From: Lenisia limosa
Lineage: Eukaryota; Protista; Breviatea
Assembly: GCA_001655205.1 (NCBI GenBank)
Contig: LPNZ01010610.1
Location: forward strand, 1 to 64,000
DNA: 64,000 nucleotides
Direction: 5' to 3'
Of this stretch, positions 11,733 to 26,333 are shown piece after piece. The position numbers and the translations under genes were made by a program. The notes under the pieces were generated by a model that made no database searches, was not told the origin of the DNA, and was given only the letters and a program-made list of their open reading frames with translations. The number at the start of each line of letters is the position of its first letter. The first letter of the stretch is position 1.

Positions 11733-14700
11733 ATGGCTGACCCTGATCGTCCCATCGTTGTACTGCGTATTTCGGAGCTTATTGCCACGCGACCACGTCT
11801 TATCATTGCAGTGGTGCTTGTGGTAGGCAGGGAGTAGAGCGAAAACAAGCAGACCTCGTGTCGGGACTCGGTCACATTCCTCTATCTCCAGCTGGCACGA
11901 TTGACTTTGGAGTAATCATATTTTCTAAACCGGTTACGTGGAAGATCGATGAAATGCTTTGTGGATTTTTTTATATGTGTTGATATCTTGATTCAGTGTG
12001 ACATCTTCTTTACACACTCATTCCCGCCAAGATTGCAGGCGTTCTTCTCACGACGGTGTTTGGGTTCTACACATGGAGCCTGGTCACGTTGGGGAACTTC
12101 TACGCGCGGAACATGGTGGAAGGAATACAGTTTGAGGATTTGGGTTTGACAAGGCTATAATTTCAAAATCTGAATTGGACGTTTTAATCCACCCTGCAGT
12201 TATGACGCGTTCACTGAGGCTGCTTTTAAGTCTTTCGGTCCCAAGGTTAAGGCATTTTCGGACATATCCGGGGCCTTCTCAATGCTAATTGAGAAAAAGG
12301 ATGGAGAGTAGGAGGCGTTGCTGGAATTCCGTTTTACTATTTTCGGCTTTGTTTACATTGATTTGTTTAACAAGAACTGTGTCTGTTTTATGATGTTCCC
12401 CTATACCGGCTTATGTACAACGTTTTTACTTGTCTTATTGGATGTAGGGACACTGTGTTCACGCCGGAAGTGATCAAATGGCTTTGGAAGGTGGAGAGGA
12501 CTGTACTCAGCAATGATGATGGTAAAATACATGCGTATGCATCACTGTCATAAAGCCTTTTCGGATCTTACTTCGTATCACTATTTCAGACAAAATTATA
12601 TAGTGCTGAATAAAATTGCCCCAGTATATATTTTCACCTACCAATCAAATAAATTGGATTGTACTCTTTTTGCAACCGGTTCCTGCTTTTTCGATAATAC
12701 ATTTCTCATGACTTTTTAGATACACCCCCAGAAAGAAGACCCTTCCTGACGGTTCCCTGTATAGAGAAGGGGACGAGGAGTTTGAGCTAGATGGAAAGGT
12801 CTGTTTTCTCTCATTTTTGACAGTTGATCATATTATTTCCACTTCTAACGAGGCAGTACACACGCTGGTGCTACAAGCAAGATGATAGGTATGTGGTCAC
12901 CATTCTCTGTTGTATTTGTGGAGGTGTAAAAACTATTGTAGCCATGTCATTTTACATAGGCATTTATCCAAATTCTAACTGGGCAGTTGTGTGGACGTTG
13001 TATCGCCAACAGCAGTCTTCCAACAGTACATTGTGGAAACTGAAGATGACATTGAGTTGATCATGGACGGTATGACCATATGACATATTACATACGTACA
13101 TAAAATAGTTGCCTCTATCTTGACCGATTTTATCTCTCTGGTCCTTCCCATAGCTTTGCTTTTTGCCCTTGGAATTTTGATAATCATCAACTGCCCTGAT
13201 GCCATCTAGGAGAAGTAATGAAACAAGAGCATGTGGACAATATTATGAGAAACATTGGTGAGTTTGTTGCTGCATTCTTTATCAGAAATTCCACCCAACT
13301 TTTCATCCAGGGTGTTTTGTTATAACTGTTTCAGTCCTTCCGAATAAGGAGAAATTCAATTTCTTCTTGGACAAGTCGTTTGGGGAGGATGGGCTAATTC
13401 AAGGCCTGGCCACTCGCAACATTATTATGATGGGCGGTCCTCTAAAGGTATCGTCGTGAAGACAAATGTTCAAATCATCACTTTTTAGGGATTTCGAAAT
13501 AATTTAGATGCCCCAACAGAGCAGTTGACAGCCAAGTTTGACCATTACATTAGTTACATTGACCCTGTGGAGAAGCTAGAAGAAGATATTGATTCAAAAA
13601 CGTGGGGAAGGGGTATTTTCTTTAACGTTTTGTTATTTTAATATATTAATATATGCTCGAGGTCCAAACTATGTCGTTAATTCGAATTATTGTCGTTAAT
13701 TCAATTTTCTGTCTCTTTTTCATGTTTCGGTCATTTTCACAACAATTTAACTCGTAAAAAAAGGACATATGAGAAAAATGNNNNNNNNNNNNNNNNNNNN
13801 NNNNNNNNNNNNNNNNNNAAAAAAGATCTAAAAAAATTAAATTTCAGCGATAAAGTTTGCTGATCTTGCAAAAAAAAAAGAAAATTGTTGAAAGGATATT
13901 TTCTTTGTTTCTCTTCAAATAAAGTGTGTATATCTCAGAAATTTTTGAAGGGGAATAGCTGATTTGGCGACCGTAAGATGACAAACACCGTGGTTCTTGT
14001 TAAATCTACCTCTCCAATAAAATGACACACTTTTCAGAAATTAAGACCTTTTGCGACAAGTTATAAGGAAAAACTATTTGCCATTACCTATGTAACTGCA
14101 CATAATATAGTATTTCGATATTATGTACTACATGTACATATATCATAGTATATTCTTTTGATTTTTTAGAACTTTTGCAGGAGATGTTATTTCCGATTAC
14201 ATTGTGTCTACAGTGGGTGGCTGGATTGTCAGTTACACACGTTCCAAGGGATGGACTTTTTATACATAAAAATAACATATTCCTTGAAATAGTATCCAGA
14301 AGAGAGGTGATTCTCAACGTTGTATCTTTTCAGTATCTTTTCAGTAATTCAAATTCATTTCATATAGATTGCTGTTTATTTTCCAGATTGTCAAAGGAGA
14401 AGTTGCCCTGTCTTTTTCTTTGGCAATTATGGTTGTGTTCTTTATCCTCTCATGGCAGACTAAAGTAGGAACAAATGTTCCACTGAAACTTTTGACTTTT
14501 TAGTCGTTCTTCATAGCATTCGTGGGGTTGATTCATATTTTGCTGTCTTTTCCATTGTCGTATTTCTTTTACCGGGTGGTTTTCTCAGTGGAAAACATGA
14601 CGCTATTCAACGCACTGGTTGGGTGGATTAAGACAAGACCCTTTTTGAAACAATTCATTCTGCTTTTTATATATCACAGAGCGCTGTGGTATTTTTGATT

Positions 14701-17700
14701 TGCGAACATACCGATTGTATTCACCACCAGACCCTCTTTGTCTGTTTGGCTATCGGAGCGGACGATGTGCTGGTTTATGTTGATGCATGGAAACAAGCTC
14801 CTGCTCACCTTGGTGGGAGGGGAGATGAATGCGTATAGTAGTAATTCTATGATAAGTATGAACTGCATGTTAAGCTGTACTATAATATACTACATCAGAT
14901 AAAATATCGTAGTACACGTAGTTAATGTTATCCGAGAAATCACTCTCTGATTTTCAGTGAATATGAAAGTCATAAAGTATTGTTCCTAAATTGGGAGTTC
15001 TTTCCTATCATGCTCACCATTTCAGACTTGCTGCATCGAGTTGACTATGCATGGCGTCGATCAGCTGCAGCGATGCTGATCACTTCACTGACTACTGCGT
15101 GTGCTTTTGCTGGTGGGTGTCGGTTATTTCTATTCCGAACAAAGTAAAACCCATCCGATTACCCCCATGACCTTTTCAGCCACAGCCATATCGCCAATCG
15201 CCAGCATCAAAGTACTGGGCCTCTTCAGTGCTCTTGCAGTGGTCTGCAACTACGTCCTTGTCGTCACGTGGCTGCCAGCATGGATTGTCGTCCAAGATAA
15301 CTGGTATGGGGAAGCTTGTTGATTATGCGTTATTCTAATAGTTTCACCTTCATATTGACAACATAGGCTAACTGCCCGACAATCGAAGTCACGCATTGCC
15401 CAATTGAGACAGCGTCAAAGCCGACTGGAGAGTGGACGTGAGTGCAAATGAGTCCGCAACTAAAATTGCTTATAACCTAGGAATGAACTCATATGAGAGT
15501 TGTGACACCACGACTCTCAGGCCAGTGGAGGAGTTTTTCAATGGCGCGTACATGCGCTTTGTAACAAAGGTGATTTTGGGTGTAGTAATTACTTTATCGG
15601 TCTGTTGCGTATCTGAGTAATAGTAATATATGTGATATTATAAATATATATACAGTATATCATATAGCTACATATGATATATGATATAATATATACTACT
15701 ATATCATGTCTATGGAATTTTCACTCATCATTTACCCCGCTGTAGTACTCGAAAGTGTCTATTTTGCTTCTGCTGCTGGTTACAGCAGTGTTCATTATTC
15801 TGGCTGTCCACATCGAGAAGATGGAGGAGTTTCCATCGTTTTTTGACGACGGTGCGAATGCACATCTTTATGATATCCCATCACCACTTGATACCGAATA
15901 TATTATTCTCTTTCGGGAGGATCAAAATGATGAACAAAGAGAATAGTTGTTGTCCGTGCATCAGAAATAACCAATCCAGACTTTTACATCCAATACTATC
16001 GGACGTTCCTAGCCGACAACTTCGACTCATCAAATTCAGATCCAACAAAACGGGTAAATGGGTTTGACAAACCAACTACGTTTACTCACGGTCTCACATT
16101 CCTCTTTTCAGTTGCTCTTCTATTACTCGTTTGGCATCTCCGGTATTAATCGAGAAGATGCAGACCTTTCAGACGAAAATTACAAGGGAGAGACTGGTGG
16201 GACTTGCTACTGTTATCAGTGTGATGAAAAGAGTAGTATTTTGATTCTGAGTAATATCATATTAACTATTTATTCAGTATATCTTATTGTATATTACCCA
16301 GCATTCTGAACAAGTAGAAGCGTATAAAACAGCCGAAGTTAACCCGCCTCATTTCCAGAGTTTGAACCCGGCTTTTCCCTTTCTTCTCCTGAGGAGCAAC
16401 TCTTCTTCTTGGAAACGTGCGACCTTGCTCTTGATTTGTCTTTGCCAAGTGGCCAAAAGGTACGCAGCGCTGCACGTTTGGAAGTAGATAATAACGAGCC
16501 AGGTGATTCGGCCTAGTGGACTGTCCTGCTTTATGGCCTCGTTTGCGTGTCACCAAATGAACAAGTCCCTTGATTTCCCGTTACCTGAGGACCAAGTAAG
16601 GGGTTCTATACTTCAATTATTGTGATAAGCACCATGAAACGGATTTTTGTATCTGGTATAATATTAACTGGTCAGTTTCTCCCATCATTGGCTGTCTTCT
16701 TGTCCACATCCACAGCACCAGTCTGCAACATGACCACTCCTCACGTAATGAAGAGCGGTGTTGATTTCAGCTTTGAGGCGCCTGTGGGTGGGATACTTCA
16801 CATTCAGCCACATCGTATGGATATTGCTGTCAACTTTATCTTGTAAATATAAGAATTGCTGAAGATGTGTGTAACTTGAAATATTGATGATTTCTGTGGG
16901 GACTCAAGTGTTATTGTCTTCAATGACCCGCCTTGCAGTTAACGCAGCTTCCAGACGGTAACCTAGTCATTCAGTACTCGTATATGACTGTTAACAGCAC
17001 CATGTCATATAATCCGTCGTATGTGGGTCATCATGGCCTTTCAGGATTCGTTTCAGCCAAAGATACTCGTCATAAGTCAAGGCATTATATCCCCAGGTTT
17101 AACGAGATGAAAGACCACGTTAATTCATGGGACGCGTTTGTCGCTGAACGCGCTCTTTCGGCGCCAGACGGACTGCAGGTTAGCCAATGTGCTGCAAACT
17201 CTTGGGTCTATGTAACATGGCATGATATCACTGAATTACTTTTACTACTTTCTAGCCTGTCCTCTCACTAGAAAACTGATAGTGTCTCCTTTTCACTTTC
17301 AATCTTGAATTGGATGTGATATCCAGATATCCTGGTTTTTTTTTTATTGTTAATATATGTACTATACAATCTTTTATCTAATTTGAGCGTATATCCTCAC
17401 CTCCTCCTCAGGTTCAGTTTGCCACGTCATTTGTCCACTGGGTCCTTGAAGTGGCCGAAATCCTTGTAAATAGTGCTCTGTTTGGCGTCGTTGTTTCCCT
17501 CATTCTTGCATTCATTGTCATTTTAGTTGCTACTAAGGTGGGATTCGGGTACTCCAGGGTATATAATTCCGCTTAACATTTTGTCAATTCAAGCGCCCAG
17601 CTTTTCCATCCGTATTGATTATTTAGTCCGTGCTCTTGGCAGGACTTGCTGTCTTTTCTATCTCACAGGTTTGAAGTGATTTTCATTTAACCATGGTTCT

Positions 17701-18551
17701 TCCAGGATTGCCTTTTATTTGTACTTAGGTAGTTGCCATTGTTCTTGGACTGATGGTGCTCTTGAACTGGCGACTGGCCATCGCCGAAAGTGTTTCAGTG
17801 ACTCTGGTACGTCCGCTTCTGCACTTTATCATGTCAACTTGGATTTCGTCTCTTGAATCATAAGAACTTTGTAGTCCAGTTTTCACCTTGTAGCTTGTTG
17901 GTCTCGCAATTGACGCAATCACCCACATATGTCTTGCTTTCAATGCTGCCCCTGGTATTTGGGCATTGCGACCCCCAGAATCTTCGAGCACATCACCAAC
18001 CCAAGCTTGTTTCATTGTTCAGGTGACACCCGCAACAGAGTGTCCCAGGCCGTTACTGAGCTTGGCGTTTCTGGTTGGTTAATATCTCAAATTCAACATG
18101 TGATTGTGGTTTTCTTTATCCAAATCTGACAACACAGTGGTTGGAGGCGGATTGACAACGTTGACTAGTAGTGTGTTCTTGTGGCCTGCCAGTTTGCTGT
18201 TGTATGCCGGTGTGGGCTTTTGTTCATCATCATATTCGTATTCGTATTTGGACTTCACTCCCTATGTATTCATTTTTATCCTTTTTAATGACTCTCAAAC
18301 ACCTCTGTAGATTGCATCAGTTTGGCATTGTGATTTTTGCGATCATTGCGGTAGCACTCACATATGCGTTTGGTAGGCACACCACCTTTCGTTGTTAGTA
18401 TTTCGTTATCTTTCTTGTGTACTATTTCCGCTATTCTCCCTCCTGACTATTAGGGATGTTTGTTCCCCTTCTCCTCCTGCTGCACCCCTCCCCAAGTCGA
18501 GTCGACAACTGGGGCGTCTCGGAGTTGGAGAAACCTTCGGAAGTGAAGTAG
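11733..18551 (+). CDS. Dispatched/Patched-family RND transporter with sterol-sensing domain (paralog 1), multi-exon
   Basis: Start MADPDRPIVVLRISELIATRPRLII; SSD motif LAIGADDVLVYVDAWKQ (~14750); AWRRSAAAMLITSLTTACAF; LGLFSALAVVCNYVLVVTWLPA; second repeat VGLAIDAITHI and ELGVSVVGGGLTT; last exon GMFVPLLLLL...EVK*. Confidence 0.88.
13652..13976. mobile_element. TA-flanked ~366-bp MITE family, truncated copy (one TIR), intronic
   Basis: TA+TATGCTCGAGGTCCAAACTATGTCGTTAATTC; the interior matches the reverse complement of 34084-34449; contains an N gap. Confidence 0.8.
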
Positions 18552-18727
18552 GCTTTTGCTCTTTTTTTTTTTTGCCTTTTTTGTGAATTTTTATCCAGTT
18601 TTGTGGTGGCTGTTGAGTTAGGTATACAGTGAGTGTAAATATAGTTTGTATCTCCGTTTCAACTCAAACATGCATAGTAAAACCTTATCAACATAAAACC
18701 AGAATATCACAAATTTACAAAACTCTA

Positions 18728-21700
18728 TTAGTTGGTCTTCTTACGATACAAGAACTGCCCAGACTGTCCACTCGGACCGATGATAGAGAGAGTGGCGGGG
18801 AAGAGAAGAATAGCGACCAGAAGAGAGAATAGGAGGGTCACGAAGATGATGGATCCGAACTACAGCTGTGAAATACGGAATTTTGTTACAAAGCGCAAGA
18901 CATTCCACAAAAAATCTCCACGCTGCATACAGTGTTAAAGAACAGAATGAGCGGCATCAGCAAGAAGCTCACAGCACCCAAAGTTGACAGAGAACCGGAT
19001 ACGACAGAAATACTACAAAGTTAGCTGACACTTTCATAATCCTCAGAATCTTCATTACGAGATTCCTCATCAAACAACAACGTTGTTAGGCCCCACATAC
19101 CCGACATGCGTCAACGTTGAGACCACACGGTCAAGCTTGTTCTCGCCTCCCTCAATGAACCCATGTCTAGAACAGAGTCAAACGGTCGAAATGGAACGAA
19201 CCCGATAACTGAATATCAAAATGCTAGGCAGCAATAATATAAATGACCCCTGATATGTACGTCTCTATCCCCCCCCCCCCACGAGATATGAAGAGTAGCG
19301 TCAACAGCAAGTCCGACAACCATCACCAAAACTAAACTGTCAGAACACAGATCATAGAAATTGTTTGTCCAAGATAACACAGCATATGATAAGATTATGG
19401 TAAGCTTACCAATTGAAACGATGATATCGAGATTGTAGCCAAGAACAACAACAGATCCCATCACCATGGTCACAATAATCTAAAGTATCAGAAGGTTGCA
19501 GGCCTTAAACTAAGAGATATATTATTCGTTTGAAGACATCCCCTCACTGTCATCATCAAAATTGCAATAACAGCGATCCAGATGTTGCCAGTTGCAATTG
19601 CTGTCGGTGAATAAATAACTAAAAACAAACAAATGTTTTCTCCATTCTCACAAGAGCACCCGCTGCCACGAACGATTATTTAAAAGATAAAAGATCACAG
19701 CATACTGATAATAATGAAAGCGGCCAGGAGGGACATTCCAATTCCGGAGAATGCTTCAGCAATAAGTGTTTCTGAATAATGAATAATGACTATTGACTAA
19801 CACGAAAGTGGCAAATGATGTGTCTGAATCTGAAATCTAACTCATGCTGCCAATCCGTCTTTTATGGGATCCTCATAACAATACAAACCCTGAATGTAGA
19901 AGTAGGCGAAGCCACCATCATCAGTAACAAAAGCTGGTACATGGGTTTGGACGTTTTTGCACTCATCGTCGAGGAGACGGGCCTCAAGCCACGCTTCCCA
20001 CTCCTCATAGATCTCAATACCGATCTCAAACTTGTCCTGCAGTATTAGCTCACTATAAAACAGGAAAACAATGATAAAAACAAGAAAAGTTAAAAAAAAA
20101 ATACCCCGTCACAACATACCACAGCACTGAAAAGGAGTTTCATCTCGGTGTGAAGGAACTTGAGAACTGTTTCGCCATCTTCTTCCTGAAAGTATGAGTT
20201 ATATATAAAATTCATGAAAAACAGAAAGCAATCGATCTGCCCCAACCTTGAAATGAAGGAAAGCCTCCCATTTGTTGAAGTGCGCAGGAATAGAAAGGAA
20301 AGCTAAAAACGCCTGAAGCAGAGTAAATGGGTATAAGCATATATCATATTCAATCCCGCCGAAATAACTCAAATCACAGCACTGACCACACAGACCTCGC
20401 GGGCCTTCGTTTTGTCTGCGTTAATCCCGGTAATGACGCTCCAATCCTCGTGGTATGATGAATCGACCCAGTCCTTGAAGTCGAGCATCACACAGTGAAT
20501 GGGGTATTCAGGAAGGCCACCAGCTTGACGAGCATCGTTCTTCTCAGTTGCTGGGGAGGGGTGGTGTAAGTATTAAAAGGTGAGGAGCAATAAATCAGGA
20601 GTTTAGCTAGCCCCAACCCACCAAGAGAGCAAATGTGGTAAATGCAGTTGGCACCAATTGCCGCATTGAAGTCCTAAACAAAGTCACTTTATTTCGCACC
20701 TCATATTATATCAAAATATTATACAGATGATGCTACGTTAGCTCACATCTGAGAACTTGGGGCTGCCAGGATCGAGGGGGTCCGTTTCCAATGTCCCGCT
20801 TCGGTCAATGGGGGACTGCACAGTCAGAACACTGAGATTTACTACACCCATCTTTCCACAGTATTCTAAAAACTATGAAGCTCACATCTTCAAAGCCGAA
20901 GGCGAAGATCAGATTAATATTGTACAGTCCGCCTCCTCTCGCGTAGTAGGACGCCTGTTCCGTAAGAGGACAATATAACACGGTCGTTGTCAAAAAAAAA
21001 CATCAAGTGAAATACCTTGGTATTTCCGAATCCTCCATAATTGTTATCCTTGGGAAGGAACTGGGGAGGTTCGGGTGAGGGACCTTGAGAGTAAGCGGAG
21101 AGAATCAAGTGTCGCATACTGGTTGTTGAGATCATAATAATGTTGTCTATATAACCCGCATGCATGGTGATAGAAGGGACACATACAAATGTATTCTATG
21201 TGTCCGCATTGGACTAACCTAGTTCACTGGCAAAAGCCACCATTCTGATGATCAAGAGGACAAAAATAATAATGATCCAAAACTTCTTCTTCAGAATGAA
21301 CGGAGCATAAGAATCATGGAACCATTTGATGGGCTAAAACATCAGAACTTCCCATGGTGGAGGTAGAAATTATTTATTATTAAACCGTCATATCGTTTAA
21401 CATGACAGAAATTAGGAGTCTTGTTTAAAAAGAAATGATCAAGTACCAAATTAAAATGGACAAACACGTGAAGTCATCAATAAATTGACCAACATATTAT
21501 TGCATGAATATTTGCATCTAACAAAGGCCTGGGTCGCAAGAGTACAGCTTATAATTTTCAGGGTTTTAGGATACAGTAGATGAAACAGGAAGATGAAAAG
21601 GATAGTAGTGTATCGTAGAAGACCCCATGCACCCCAGTAAAAGTCTCCGAATGGTCCTCCTCCTCATTGCACTCAATGGCGACACCTTCCACTTCACCCG

Positions 21701-24700
21701 GGGCAGCGCTGGAGGGGTTCGGTGTGCTACACACCTCGCCCATTTCCCTGCTCTCTTGGAGAGTCTTGGGTGTAAGAGAAAGCAATTCGGTATCTGGCCA
21801 AATCTGAGAACTTCAGTCCCCTAGTAACTCTTGTTTAGCCAATTTGAATCATTTTCATGAACTCATAGCTCTCTCCCAGCCTACAGCCTCAGACTCGTGA
21901 GTCTCATGATTGGGTGGAATACGGGAGCCCCAGATACGGCCTAAATATGTTCAGTAACCGTAGTCTCCAAAAGTACTTCATTCTTGGACTGAACTGAACA
22001 GCATCGATATGGCATTCCTATCTCACCGATACCGCAGCAGAACACTTTGGTTTTGAACTTCTTCTCATAGAACAGGACAACAGTGGGGAAGAACGTGATA
22101 ACAGAGATGTAGTTGCACAAAACAATCATGGCACTGAAGATACCAAAGGTTCGGATTGCGGGAAAACTTGATAACTAAAGACCAGTTACAGGGAGAGAAA
22201 TTAAGGTGGCATTTAAAAGATTTTTGAAGAATAATGAGCTGTCTGTGTTAACTTGAAGAACCCCTGCATCAGAATGACTATGTATCAGAATGTAAACAAG
22301 AGCGTCCACCGAACCCACGGCGTTGGCAAGGAAAGACGCAATGGTGGTGGCTGAAGTCACCAACATAGCACTGGCAGCATGGCGAAGGGTCCTAAGCGGT
22401 CACTGCTGCTCATTGTTTCTTAGGTTGGTTTTTGAAAAGAAAGTAGCATACCAAGACATTCTGGCTTCAGGAGTACCTGAGATAACGGATGGTTGCATGG
22501 ATGAAATACTCCACGTGTCCTGGGGGTGTGAAAGACAATGGGAAATGCAATCGTCCTTTCATATTCTGAGTTGCTGTGATAAAAGCTCTTCAGTACCATA
22601 TTAGAGACTCCTCTAATTGCCCCAGCCACAACTCACCAATAGAACGAAGACGTCGTCAACACCAATACCAAGAATAATGAAAATGGCCAAGATGTTGAAG
22701 ACCTAAAACGCTGTCAAAAACTGAACCCGTTTGGAACATTAATTAGTAGCCCCATTTACTCCAAAATATTGCTGCCAAAAGACAAAGCGATAGAGGAAGT
22801 AAGCGGGGAAGAAGCAGAGTACAATCTGGCCCATAGCCATGAAGGACAGGAACCAAGACCTTGAGTGTGAGAGTTGGAATGCTTGCATGGACGTATTATG
22901 TGAAATCAAATAGAAATTAAACCAAATTCACAAAAAAAAAATCCATTTCTTTAGAAATAGACGGCCATGCCCACTTGGTCATATAAGCGAGGTAGAAGAG
23001 GACGAACACGAACGATCCAATAGCCCAAAGACCGTCCGTCATCATTTGCTGCCCAATGAACCGCTCCATCATATTCGCACCGTTGTACCAGACCTGAGGG
23101 GGATGATGCTGGATACTACCGAAGGCACCAGTAAACAAAGAACAAAGTGAATTTACTGAGAACAAAAGCGTAGTCCCCACAGTGAGCCGGCTCGTAGAAG
23201 CGTCCTTCAAAGTAGGCTCAAGAGAGTCCCAAAGGAAGTCAGTGATATCTTCGAGCTGTTGTTCGGGGTCATCTTCGACAGACGTGTAACCTTCAAGAGG
23301 GAAGGCAAATTGGAACCTTCAAACGTCAACGTGTAACTATTATGCAAACACAAGACATAATTAATAGTCGGGTACCGCACCTGGTTCTAACAGACGCCGC
23401 TGTCTCCACACCCGCGCCAAACGAGGCGTCTGCCATCAGCAGCCTAGGTGGTTAGAAGGATTGTGTCTACTTGATTACGGAATCGTTGTTCCCTTCCCCC
23501 CAAATGATAACACTGACCATGTTACCCCGAAGGCCTACATAGAAAGAGACGCCCGGCCTTCTGGCGTGGGGCTGTAAGGCGAGCCGTTGGCATACTGGTT
23601 GAGCTTCAGGTCGCGGAACTCTTTGCTCAACTTCATTTGATCCGGGGTGCAACCTCCGTCTGTCACTGTAAGCACTATATACAGGCAAGGCGCTTTCCCA
23701 TCATTTAAATATTATATGATAGTGTATATTACATTGTTTATCTCGAAAATGGAAGAATTGGTCCAGAGCCCTCCCAACCAATATCGCAATCAAGAAGACC
23801 GGCAGGTAAGGCGCCGGCCTGTTCACACGTGTTGTTGCCACTGGGGGTACAAGCCCACACAATGGAGAGAGGCGCGGTACAGGGTGGTAACTCTCCTTTG
23901 TTTAGGGCGATCTTCTCATCGTTGGTTACTGGGTACAGTGATAAACAAGGAAATGGATAGCTCTCTTGGACAGATGATACCCAAAGCTTCTCATTATCGT
24001 CCCCTCACAATTGGCATTCAAAACTGAATCTGGCCAATCAAGAAGACAGTATTTGGAGTAGTCTTCGTGCTGGTAGATCTTCTTTTCGAGTGCAACCATT
24101 TCCTAACGTGTGAACATGATCCAGAGCCAGGCATATCATACCATGAAACAACCCGTCCATACCTCCAAGAACAACCCGTCCATACCTCCAAAAATTGGAT
24201 TTCAAAGACACTTCCTCCCTCGGTCACATAAATGAGTTCCAACTCAATATCGGCACCTGTTGGTGTCAAAATGAATATGAATGGTGCTTAGTGTTGAATT
24301 TTGGTTATTTCCCCCATCCTTCGAACAACCCGACAAAAGGGGTCCAATTGAAAAGCAGCAGGACACACCCCCTCCCACCAGTGCTGTCCAGAGACACTGA
24401 ACGGCGGAGGTCCACTTCACCAGGGGCAGATTTGACCTTGGCCACGTCCTAATGGGTCACACAGGCGCCTTAGTGATTTAAAGAGGAATGATAAAACAAC
24501 AATACAGTTATTGATTAAATATAATAGATCGTAGGTTGTACATATGTATATGATATTGTATATCGATATGTATATGATATATAACTATGTCTTGAACACA
24601 ATTGTGCACCTCCCCCACTAGTCCTTCATTGTAGGCGTCTTGCCGTTCCTGGGTTCTGTGGCCTCGAAGATAAAGGGGAACCTGGGGGAGGGGGTTACAG

Positions 24701-25170
24701 AGGGATATCAACCGAGAAAAGCCCAGAATATAAAATGAAAACAGTTTCAGTACAAAGAAATCAACAGTGACCCCCCTCCCCCCCACATCATTTTTGTAAG
24801 GGAAGAACCAGGAACCGAGTGTGATGGCCATGATAATCATAAGGAGGAAAATTGTACAGAGAGAGCAACACCCAATGGAGAAGGCCTTTCCGGGGCTTGC
24901 CACCATCCTAGAGGGGTAAATGGGATCCCAAGAGCAAAGAATAAAGGAAAATAATGGGCGAAGAAGCAATACCCCCCCCCCCCNNNNNNNNNNNNNNNNN
25001 NNNNNNNNNNNNNNNNNNNNNNNNNNNNNNNNNNNNNNNNNNNNNNNNNNNNNNNNNNNNNNNNNNNNNNNNNNNNNNNNNNNNNNNNNNNNNNNNNNNN
25101 NNNNNTGCTTGTCATCATGTCCGTCGCTATGTTGTGCCGCGGGCTGTGAGCCTTCAGAAGCAGCTCCCAT
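18728..25170 (-). CDS. Dispatched/Patched-family RND transporter with sterol-sensing domain (paralog 2), multi-exon; start codon tentative
   Basis: ILAIFIILGIGVDDVFVL (~22680); TLRHAASAMLVTSATTIASFLANA; FPAIRTFGIFSAMIVLCNYISVITFFPTVV; second repeat VVGLAVDATLHI; terminal FGSIIFVTLLFSLLVAILLFPATLSIIGP...KKTN*. Confidence 0.88.
24148..24192. repeat. 23-bp x2 tandem duplication spanning a splice donor
   Basis: acaacccgtccatacctccaa at 24148 and 24171. Confidence 0.85.
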
Positions 25171-25842
25171 TCCTTAAGGTTTAACTTGTTATGCTTTAAA
25201 CACGCTCGTGCTTGGAGGGCCTTCAACACCCAATCGGGGGAAGAAAGCATGAGGAACGAGGACCAGAACAGGTATCAAAGCACAGGGTACCATTTTTCCA
25301 CCACAATAAGATATGTTGTCATTATTTATTAAATCTATCAAAATATAGACACAAGCCCTCTTCCCACCTTCCGACTGAACGATCACACGGGGAATAGTGA
25401 GGGCGTGAAATCAAGGGGACAGGTCTTCTTTTGAGTTGAACAGCCTCCTGCTGTGAAGTAGATCAAATGTCGATAAAGAGACTGAGAGGAGCGTGTTACA
25501 GAACAGATGCGGGCAAGATCCGCTTCAAGAAAAGAATGTAGAGGCGGAGATTAGTAAAACCGCTTATAAAGAGTTTAGCTTCTTCTTATAATTCGTTTCC
25601 AAGAAGAAAATGTGAATTGGAAGGCCTAAGTGTAATTCCAAAAATTCGTCCGAAACAGTTGTGGCTTCTGTAGTAACTTTGTGAAGCTTTAATTGTAATT
25701 TAACATTATTAAATATTATTAATAAATCAATAAAGTCATTTAAATGGCAAGTAATTAATATTGTTAGAATGTTAATTCAGTCAATTCACAATGTGTATTT
25801 GCAACTCAGTCGTCCATCGTGCCAAACTTTCAAGTCCCCGCC

Positions 25843-26333
25843 CAAGGGGCTGAAACTCCCGGAAATAGACGGGATCTAGAGAATCTTCAGAGAAACAAAG
25901 AATTTACTGGAGAAATGCCAGATCCCAACGAGATCCTCACGAGTTCCCAAGAACCCTCGCCCCCTGTTTTTTTTTTTTTTTTTTTTTTNNNNNNNNNNNN
26001 NNNNNNNNNNNNNNNNNNNNNNNNNNNNNNNNNNNNNNNNNNNNNNNNNNNCAAGTTTCATCAGTTTCATCCTTTATCAAAACAACTCAACAACAAACCT
26101 CCATATCTTTGCCAAATCTTGTCCATATCCATATCATCCACATATCTACACTCCATACACAATCCAATCCAAAAAAAACCATATTTATATCATTATTGAG
26201 ATAGATTGGTATATGTGATTGCTGTCCTTTTTTGGTGGGGGAACGCCGCCAGATCCCTAACCAGATCCCAGATCCCTGACTACCATAACCAGATCCCTGG
26301 ATCCCATCTATTTCCGGGAGTTTCAGCCCCTTG
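25843..26333. mobile_element. hAT-like non-autonomous element (~490 bp)
   Basis: 27-bp perfect TIR CAAGGGGCTGAAACTCCCGGAAATAGA, extending with mismatches; imperfect 8-bp flank duplication tccccgcc/cccccgcg; subterminal CAGATCCC repeats at ~26250-26300. Confidence 0.75.

Noticed and set aside
25843-26333. hAT element spliced out as an introner via a GC donor (GCAAGG) and TTTCAG acceptor on the minus strand
   Set aside because: The predicted splice leaves 14 extra nt and an immediate stop, so it does not restore the frame.
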